DNA of 17,962 bases, filler included, from Patellaria atrata CBS 101060 (Eukaryota), in the NCBI GenBank assembly GCA_010093705.1. It is 13 parts of 13 records of this genome, joined end to end, with 100 filler letters (N's around TTAATTAATTAA, not from the genome) between each part and the next. Parts side by side here need not be neighbours in the genome. Positions count along the whole stretch, not along the records: positions 10,178 to 11,456 come from MU006210.1; positions 11,557 to 12,813 come from MU006211.1; positions 12,914 to 14,166 come from MU006212.1; positions 14,267 to 15,510 come from MU006213.1; positions 15,611 to 16,776 come from MU006214.1; positions 16,877 to 17,962 come from MU006215.1; 7 more parts are not named here. One strand, 5' to 3'. The notes under the pieces are model-generated. The model worked only from the letters and a program-made list of their open reading frames with translations, ran no database searches and was not told the DNA's origin. Positions 10,179 to 17,962 of the stretch are shown here, piece after piece (position 1 is the stretch's first letter; every line of letters begins with the position of its first letter). A program made the position numbers and the translations under genes.

Positions 10179-11456
10179 GTAGCGTTCTCGCCGGACGGCC
10201 AGGTCGTGACATCGGCATCATACGACCGCACCGTCAGGCTCTGGGACTCGAAGACGGGCGCGGGCCTCAGCACGCTCGTGGGCCACATGGACCGGGTCAA
10301 CGCCGTAGCGTTCTCGCCGGACGGCCAGGTCGTGGCATCGGCATCAGACGACTGCACCGTCATGCTCTGGGACTCGAAGACGGGCGCGGGTCTAAGCACG
10401 CTCGAGGGCCACACGAGCTCGGTCAAGGCCGTAGCGTTCTCGCCGGATGGCCAGGTTGTGGCATCGGCATCATACGACCGCACCGTCAGGCTCTGGAACT
10501 CGAAGACGGGCGCTGGCCTCAGCACGCTCGAGGGCCACACGAACTGGGTCAAGACCGTAGCGTTCTCGCCAGACGGCCAGGTCGTGGCATCGGCATCAGA
10601 CGACCACACCGTCAGGCTCTGGGACTCGAAGACGGGCGCGGGTCTCAGCACGCTCGAGGGCCACACGCGCTCGGTCAACGCCTTAGCGTTCTCGCCGGAT
10701 GGCCAGGTTGTGGCATCGGCATCATACGACCGCACCGTCAGGCTCTGGGACTCGAAGACGGACGCGAGCCTCAGCACGCTCGAGGGCCACACGAACTGGG
10801 TCAAGACCGTACCGTTATCGCCGGACGGCCAGGTCGTGGCATCGGCATCATACGACCGCACAGTCAGGCTCTGGGGCTCGAAGACGGGCGCGGGTCTCAG
10901 CACGCTCGAGGGCCACACGCGCTTGGTCAACGCCATAGCGTTCTCGCCGGATGGCCAGGTCGTGGCATCGGCATCAGACGATCGCACGGTCATGCTCTGG
11001 GACTCGAAGACGGGTGCGGGCCTCAGCACGCTCGAGGGCCACACGGATTGGGTCAAGGCTATAGCGTTCTCGCCGGACAGCCAGGTCGTTGCATCGGCAT
11101 CAGACGACTGCACCGTCAGGCTTTGGGCCTCGAAGACGGGCGCGGGTCTCAGCACGCTCGAGGGCCACACGGACTCGGTCAACGCCATAGCGTTCTCGCC
11201 GGATGGCCAGGCCATGATATCGGCATCAGACGACTGCACCGTCATGCTCTGGGACTCGAAGACGGGCGTGGGTCTCAGCACGCTCAAGGACCACACGGGA
11301 CCGGTCAATGCCGTAGCGTTCTCGCCGGATGGCCAGGTCGTGGCATCGGCATCAGACGACCGCACCGTCATGCTCTGGGACTCGAAGACGGGCGCGGGCC
11401 TCAGCACGCTCGAGGGCCACACGGACTCGGTCAACGCCATAGCGTTCTCGCCGGAT
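10179..11456 (+). CDS. WD40 repeat domain with high internal conservation, as in HNWD (HET-E/HET-D/HET-R-like) NACHT-WD40 NLRs; internal fragment
   Basis: Ten full 42-aa (126-bp) units VAFSPDGQVVASASxDxTVxLWDSKTGAGLSTLEGHTxxVxx start at 10179, 10305, 10431 ... 11313, with a partial at 11439. The frame is open across the contig. The NACHT and effector domains are not in the contig, so NLR status is inferred from repeat type. Confidence 0.9.
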
Positions 11457-11556
11457 NNNNNNNNNNNNNNNNNNNNNNNNNNNNNNNNNNNNNNNNNNNN
11501 TTAATTAATTAANNNNNNNNNNNNNNNNNNNNNNNNNNNNNNNNNNNNNNNNNNNN

Positions 11557-12428
11557 AACATAATAAAAAAAGAAAAATGAAAAAAAATATTTGTCAGTAT
11601 TTATAAATCTATTCTTATATCTATGAATTTTAAGAATTTACTAATAATCTTTATTATTTTTATAGGTGGGTTAATAGTTAAAATAATTACTCTTAATGAG
11701 TGAGATCTTAATGTTTTTAAAGATCCTTATGATTAGATATCTTTAATCTATTATATATTTATAGCGTGATTTTCACTTTTCATTTCTGTATTGTTGTGAG
11801 GACAATACTGTTTCTACTTTTTTAGAAAGGTTTAAATAGGATGTTTTTATGAAAATATGGTCTATTATGGATCACTCAGGTCTACTTGATTCAATAAAAA
11901 TTATTGATCTTAAATTTTTAAAAAGTAATAAATTATTAATGACTTGAGAGGGTGTAAGTCCCGATGGAAGCATGATTAAGAGTAATACTTTATTCATTCT
12001 AGATGAGAGAGATGATGCACCAGACTATCCACCTTTTGGTAGATCAGGTGGAACTAATCCTCCTTTTGATGGATCTGATCCCGGTCTTGAGGACACAAAA
12101 CTTGTTTTACCTAACAAAAGGTTTTTTGGTAGACACCCGTACAGGAAAATTAACCGTTTGAGATCCTCTAGGTATTAGGGATAGAGGTGTAAGCACAGAG
12201 GGAAGTAACCTACCTTATACAAGAAATCTTGTACATGCCTTAGAATATCTTCGTAGACAAACACGTGATACTAGAGTAGTAAGATACTTAAGTGTAGAGG
12301 ATTATGGATAATGATCATCAAATTATCAATATTATGATCGAGAAAAGAATATACCTGTGGATCAGTACACAGCAAGAAACTGTTTAAATAATACTTACAG
12401 TATAAATAATACAATATATAAAATATAA
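11557..12428 (+). pseudogene. Decayed unidentified mitochondrial-type ORF (TGA=Trp) with a hydrophobic N-terminal region
   Basis: In genetic code 4 three segments can be stitched: 11557-~11800 (KNLLIIFIIFIGGLIVKIITLNEWDLNVFKDPYD*ISLIYYIFIAWFSLF), ~11800-12128 (MKIWSIMDHSG...DERDDAPDYPPFGRSGG) and 12129-12428 (VDTRTGKLTVWDPLGIRDRG...NLPYTRNLVHALEYLRRQ). Stops occur at 11734, 11837 and 12309, and two frameshifts are needed. Confidence 0.55.
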
Positions 12429-12671
12429 AGCTTTAAGTTATATGTTAAAGGATTTTCCACACATAGCACAGTATCACATCCATCTAAGTATTAAGATGAA
12501 GGTATGCTAGGTCTAGTGTTTTTTACTAATTTAAAGTATATTTAAATATAAAACCTAAATTTAAATCTAGAACTTAATATACTAATTATTATAAATAAAT
12601 TTCTTTTAATTTAATTAATAAGTAGCTAAGATAATAAAAAAAATAAAAATATTTTATATGTACCCACGCTT

Positions 12672-12813
12672 ATGTCAATATTTGATGTATTAGTTGTTGT
12701 TTTATCTGTTTTATTATCCGTTGCTTATGTAACAGTGGCTGAAAGGAAAACTATGGCTAGTATGCAAAGAAGATTAGGCCCTAACATTGTAGGATATTAT
12801 GGGGTTTTACAAG
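12672..12813 (+). CDS. nad1: NADH dehydrogenase subunit 1, 5' fragment (mtDNA or NUMT)
   Basis: [32 protein letters not shown] is the ascomycete ND1 N-terminal signature. Similarity appears to extend upstream in frame to about 12651 (ILYVPTL). The fragment is cut by the contig end. Confidence 0.93.
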
Positions 12814-12913
12814 NNNNNNNNNNNNNNNNNNNNNNNNNNNNNNNNNNNNNNNNNNNNTTAATTAATTAANNNNNNNNNNNNNNNNNNNNNNNNNNNNNNN
12901 NNNNNNNNNNNNN

Positions 12914-14166
12914 TTTTATAATTAAAATATTTATATATTTAAATATTTAAATTATATAATTTATTATTATTTATTTTATTTATAGTTTTTTTAAATAGTT
13001 TTTTTTCTTTTTTTTTATTTATTATTTATATATTTCTATAATTTATAGCTATAATATTATAATAAATAAATAATTAATAAAAATAATTAATAAAATATAT
13101 AAATTATAAATATATAAATTATTATTAAAATTTTAAATAATTTTATTATTAAAATTAAAAATTTTTAAATTTATAAAATTTAATTTAAATTAATTAAAAG
13201 AAAATAAAATAAAAAAGAAAATAAAAAATTTAAAAAAATTTATTATTTTTTAATTTTTAATTTTAAAATCTTTAATTTTTTTAATAAAATTATATTTATA
13301 AAAATGAAATTTATTATAATAAAATTTAATTAATTATAATTATTTATAAAAATAATAAATTTAAATTTAAAAAGATTTTATTTTAATTTAAAAAGACTTT
13401 TATATATTTTTAATAAATTTAAATTAAAAATAAAAAAGAAAATTTATTTATAAATATAAATAAACTTTTTATTAAATATTATAAAATTATATTTATAATA
13501 TTTTATTAAATATTTTTTATAATAATTAGTTTTTAAATTTATATAATAAAAAAGATTATAAAAATAATAATTTAAATAAAGAAAAAATATATAAAAATTT
13601 AATAAATTTATTTTAATAATATAATAATAATAATAAATTATAAAGTTTTTAACTTTAAATATTATAGAAAAAAGAATTAAAAGATATTTATAATATAATA
13701 AAAATAATAAAATTATAATTTATAAAAAAATAATATAATATTTTTAAATTAAAAATTATAAAAAAAAGAAAATAATATTATAATTATAAAATAATAAAAG
13801 ATATATTATTAATAAAATAATAATATAAAAATATTAAAATAAAATAATAAATTTAAAGATTATATAATATAATTTTATATTTTTAATAATTTTGAAATAA
13901 AAATATAAAAGTAATAAAAATAATAATAATTTTATACTTCTAATAATCTTTAAATAAAAATATAAAAATAATAAAAGTAATAATAAATTTCTATTTTTAA
14001 TAATTTTTAAATAAAAATATAAAAATAATAAAAATATTTAAAAATAATCTTTTTTTTATATATTTAAATTTTTTATAATTATTTTTACTATTAATTTTAT
14101 CTATAAATTTAAATATTATAATTTTAAATTTAACTTTATTTATTATATTATTTTTATATAATATAT
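12914..14166. repeat. RIP-saturated AT-rich repeat relic (contig 10) with a 57-bp tandem repeat
   Basis: Extreme AT content. It is collinear with contig 7 (about 13135-13300 with 9120-9290, and 14032-14148 with 9961-10077). The 57-bp units start at 13881, 13938 and 13995. Confidence 0.8.
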
Positions 14167-14266
14167 NNNNNNNNNNNNNNNNNNNNNNNNNNNNNNNNNN
14201 NNNNNNNNNNTTAATTAATTAANNNNNNNNNNNNNNNNNNNNNNNNNNNNNNNNNNNNNNNNNNNN

Positions 14267-15510
14267 TTTTAAATTAATAATATAATTTATTAACTTTTTA
14301 ACTTTAAATAATATTTATAATAAAATAAAATATATTATATAAAAATAATATAATAAATAAAATTAAGTTTAAAACTATAATATTTAAATTTATAAATAAG
14401 ATTAATAATAAAAATAATTATAAAAAATTTAAATATATAAAAAAAAAATTATTTTTAAATTATTTTTATTTTTTATAATTAATTTAATTATTTATATTTT
14501 AATTATTTTAATTATTTATTATTTTTTATAATTAATATATTTAATAATTATTATTTAATTATTTTAATTATTAATTATTTTTTATAATTAATATTTTTAA
14601 TAATTATTATTTAATTATATAATTTTTTATTATTTATTTTATTTATAATTTTTTTTAATAATATTTCTTTTTTTCTTTTATTTATTATTTATATATTTCT
14701 ATAATTTATAATTATAATAATTTATAAAATAATAAAAAAAAAAATCTTTTAAATATATTATTATTATAAATAATTATAATATTAATATAATTAATAGAAT
14801 AAAAAAATAAATAATTAAAAGTTTAAATTAATTTATAATAAAATATTTTTATATAAAAATAAAATTTATAATTTAAAAAATATAATTTAAAAAAATAATA
14901 AATTTTATTAATAAAATAATATTTAATTTATAACTAAAATTATAAATATATTAAATAAATAAAAAAAATTATAAAATATTTTTAAAATAAAATTAATAAT
15001 TTAAAAAAATAAATTAAATAATTTAAATTAAATTAAAAAAATATTTAATTTAATAATAAATTTAATAATAAAGAATTATTTATATTATATAATTATAATA
15101 ATTAAATTAAAATAATCGATTTAATTAAAAGTTTTAAAAATAAAAATAATAATAAAATAAAAAAATTCTTTAATTTATTAAAATTAATTAATAATAAAAA
15201 ATTAATTTATAAAAAATAAAAAAATAAAATAAATAATAAATTTTATATTAATAATAATTAATTTTAAAATAAAAGAGTAAAAATTATTTATATTAAAATA
15301 TAAATTAATAATAAAATAATTAAATATATATATTTTTTCTTAAAATTAAAGAAGAATAATTATAATAATATAATATAATTATAATAATTATATTTTAATT
15401 ATCTTTATAATTAATTATTAAATATAAAGATTAAATTAAAAAATAATAATATTATAAATTAAATATTTATATATAATAATTTTATTTTATTAAATTTTAA
15501 TTTAATTATT
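14267..15510. repeat. RIP-saturated AT-rich repeat relic (contig 11)
   Basis: 14331-14460 is the reverse complement of the ends of contigs 10 and 7. There are ~55-bp tandem units at about 14465-14620. The last 72 nt (15439-15510) are identical to 8787-8858. Confidence 0.8.
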
Positions 15511-15610
15511 NNNNNNNNNNNNNNNNNNNNNNNNNNNNNNNNNNNNNNNNNNNNTTAATTAATTAANNNNNNNNNNNNNNNNNNNNNNNNNNNNNNNNNN
15601 NNNNNNNNNN

Positions 15611-15859
15611 CGGCTTTATGTTGTCTGTCACCTCATCCCATTTTCTGTTTGTAGTCCATCATATCCTCGCACCTCTGCACTTTTTCTAACCCTCATATAC
15701 ACCCCCCTATCCCCTCCCCCCATTTTGTCAAACTCACCTAATGAAACATAAACCCTCCCTACTAAACTCTTCACCATATTCCCACCCTTATTCACCCTCC
15801 TCCTCCTCCCCCCCAAAAAAAAAATCCTTCAACCATGCCCAGCACTGACAACCCCCCAG
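15611..15859 (+). other. 3' part of a spliceosomal intron (at least 249 nt if the donor lies outside the contig)
   Basis: A C/T-rich non-coding tract ending in CTGAC...CCCCCCAG directly before the mutarotase-like similarity begins. No upstream exon is visible. Confidence 0.65.
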
Positions 15860-16083
15860 GCACCCTCCCCCTAAAGCAAACCCAAGGTTTCCACGACGAC
15901 CCAGCCCACCCGCGCGTCGTGCAAAAGTACGGTTGTCTCGTCCTCGAAGTTCAGGATTACATCGACGGCATCAATCATCCCGAATGGGGCCGCGAGGGGA
16001 AACAGATTTTTGGACCGGGAGGGGAGCCGTATGTTTTACAGGCGAGGTATGAGTTCTCTGTTGAGGCTATGAGGGGGTCGTAG
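15860..16083 (+). CDS. Aldose 1-epimerase (galactose mutarotase-like) family protein, last exon
   Basis: GTLPLKQTQG...VVQKYGCLVLEVQDYIDGINHPEWGR...QIFGPGGEPYVLQARYEFSV resembles the C-terminus of fungal mutarotase-like proteins. It is preceded by a branch site CTGAC (15845-15849) and acceptor CAG (15857-15859). The stop is TAG at 16081-16083. Confidence 0.82.
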
Positions 16084-17463
16084 GGCGATGATGGGGGGTG
16101 AGAGTGGGCTGCGGTTACAGAGGCCCCCAGGAGAGAAGGGAGGGGATTTGGTCGTGTAATGTAATGTAATGCAGTGTCAATCGTACTGTACCATTATTGA
16201 TAGCGAGTATCTTCAGCCCGAAACCCTGAAAGGGTGCACCTAGATAGCACGTGTTTCCGAACATATCCTGCTATCTGGTGTCTGTGACACTTCAGCACCG
16301 GGAATCGCAAAGTCCATGAAAGCACTGCATCAAACCCTCCCCTTACCGATCTGTTTCGTCGCGTACGATAGCGTGGATACGCGCACCCGCAGAAGTATGG
16401 CTACCGTCGAGTCACAGGAAACGACAACCGGCAAACCGACAACCGACAAACGACGATAAACCCATATATTTCACTATCCCCGTTATCTATTCATCATTTT
16501 GAATCTCAGGTTTAGCACCCACGGTCTCCTTCTCCTCAACGGGAAGGTATAAAGCCTCGCTTCGGGTTTTTAACGTACGGTGTTCATGAATGTGACGACG
16601 AGGTCATGGTTTCGAATTTACGTCGCGCAAATGAGCATGCATGAGACTTTACCTGTCCAATTTGAGTTTGTGAGTGATGGGGTGGAGGATATAGGGGTGG
16701 GGTTGTAACGATGGGTTCTCTTAACTCCTGCTTCGTTGTATACAGCCGGACATCAGATAACGCTATCCACGTAGATNNNNNNNNNNNNNNNNNNNNNNNN
16801 NNNNNNNNNNNNNNNNNNNNTTAATTAATTAANNNNNNNNNNNNNNNNNNNNNNNNNNNNNNNNNNNNNNNNNNNNAAAAAAAAACAATAAGAAATAGAA
16901 AGATATAAAGAATATATGTGTATTTTTGTGTGTATGGACCATCCTAACCATCACCTTCCCAGTCTTCAAAGCCAAAGACGCGAAAACGGACGCCCCTGCG
17001 ACGCCGGTGGTGCAGACGCTACGGGTGGCGTGAGATTGGTTGCTCTTAGTTGACATGAGATGAGATAAGGGGGGACATGTGGGTGCGGGCGTGAGGGGAG
17101 GGAGCTACCTCGGCCGAGTGGGCGCTGGAGGGGTTGTGGAGATGAGGGTGAGAGGGAGGGGGAGGATAGTGCTGAGGCAGTTCTGATGACATCACTTGGA
17201 CGGTAGAGAGGTTAAGAGGGTGGATAGATGTGGGGACATCACAGAGAATAGCTAGAAGCGGAGGAGATGAGTATGAGAGAGATACCCCACAGGAGTCCCT
17301 CGTAAGCAGTCATACTATTTCCTATTTCGATAGTCGGAAGCCATAACGACCTACAGTCCACCACCATGGCCCACCGGTTCTACGAGTCGAAAAGCCCTCT
17401 ATCCGGTGCGACAGAAACGAGGGCTCTCGATTCCCACGCCCATTCCACTATCCACCACCCTAT

Positions 17464-17961
17464 CTACCCCCATCTACCAGTCAACGCGCTATACTGCCCC
17501 TGTGTAACCGGCACCACGCTCCCATGTCTCAAATTCCTCGGCCACGCACTCCTCTCACTCGCCGTCCACCGTCCCCCCACCACATCCGCACTCTCAAACG
17601 GCCTATACCCATCACTTCCATAAAAGTCCAACAGCAAATGCGCCTTCCCCTGGACCTGGTTATCCCAATACGGCGCCGGTCCTTCAACCCCGTTCTGAAT
17701 AATCGCACTGGCGCCACCTTGCCGTGTCCACGGCCCCCCTAGACCGGTCGTGCTGAGTTCGCTGAAAACAGTCTTGGCGGACTCGTCTTTGATGAAGCGG
17801 ACGAATGTCGTGTTGGAGACGGGCAGGATGGAGAGGTCGATGACGTTGGTTGGGGACTTGTCGATGAGGGTCGAGGGGGTGGAGAAGGTGCGGAAGTCGG
17901 ATGTGTAGGAGGAGCGAAGGACGATGGGGCCGGGGGAGCCGGTGTGGTTGGGGTCGGAGGA
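17464..17961 (-). CDS. Glycoside hydrolase family 43 (arabinosidase/xylosidase-like beta-propeller), C-terminal 165 aa; missed by the ORF track
   Basis: The frame is open from the window edge: SSDPNHTGSPGPIVLRSSYTSDFRTFSTP...NVIDLSILP...FVRFIKDE...GVEGPAPYWDNQ...LLLDFYGSDGYRPFES...PRNLRHGSVVPV...GRWG*. The TSDFRTFS, ID, EGP and RHGSV motifs are typical of GH43. Confidence 0.88.
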   Translation of the reverse strand, partial: SSDPNHTGSPGPIVLRSSYTSDFRTFSTPSTLIDKSPTNVIDLSILPVSNTTFVRFIKDESAKTVFSELSTTGLGGPWTRQGGASAIIQNGVEGPAPYWDNQVQGKAHLLLDFYGSDGYRPFESADVVGGRWTASERSAWPRNLRHGSVVPVTQGQYSALTGRWG

Positions 17962-17962
17962 G

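Noticed and set aside
10130..11440. 436-aa minus-strand ORF and alternate-frame ORFs over the WD40 array
   Set aside because: These are shadow frames of a GC-rich tandem repeat; a stop-free unit is simply propagated.
7433..11456. TPR and WD40 fragments as one gene or an NLR cluster
   Set aside because: They are on different contigs separated by linkers and an unrelated AT-rich contig.
15835..15859. ATG at 15835 as the start of an 82-aa small protein
   Set aside because: It overlaps the branch site and acceptor; similarity begins after the AG, so this is a terminal exon.
1479..16832. Regularly spaced TTAATTAATTAA as a CRISPR-like or biological repeat
   Set aside because: It is always centred in exactly 44+44 Ns, so it is a synthetic linker.
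17366..17742. Plus-strand ORFs 17366-17623 and 17524-17742, and minus-strand ORF 17529-17717
   Set aside because: These are antisense or off-frame to the GH43 coding frame.

Overview
This window is not one locus. It is a pseudomolecule of 13 short unplaced contigs (about 1.1-1.4 kb each) from a filamentous ascomycete, joined by 12 artificial 100-nt linkers (N44-TTAATTAATTAA-N44), so adjacency across linkers means nothing. Five contigs are about 97-99% AT and look like RIP-saturated repeat relics; they share recognisable pieces, including a reconstructable ~272-bp LTR-like element with inverted ends. One contig is a damaged Ty1/Copia gag-protease fragment with a fold-back inversion. Two are fragments of fungal NLR-type genes with highly conserved 126-bp repeats (TPR and WD40). 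One is mitochondrial-type, with a decayed unknown ORF and the 5' end of nad1. Two hold the 3' ends of an aldose 1-epimerase-like gene and a GH43 gene, and two are unassigned. I cannot support a new multi-gene system here. The best leads are the decayed mitochondrial ORF beside an odd nad1 5' end, the ghost element, a possible -1 gag/pol slippery site, and NLR repeat arrays that show no RIP damage.
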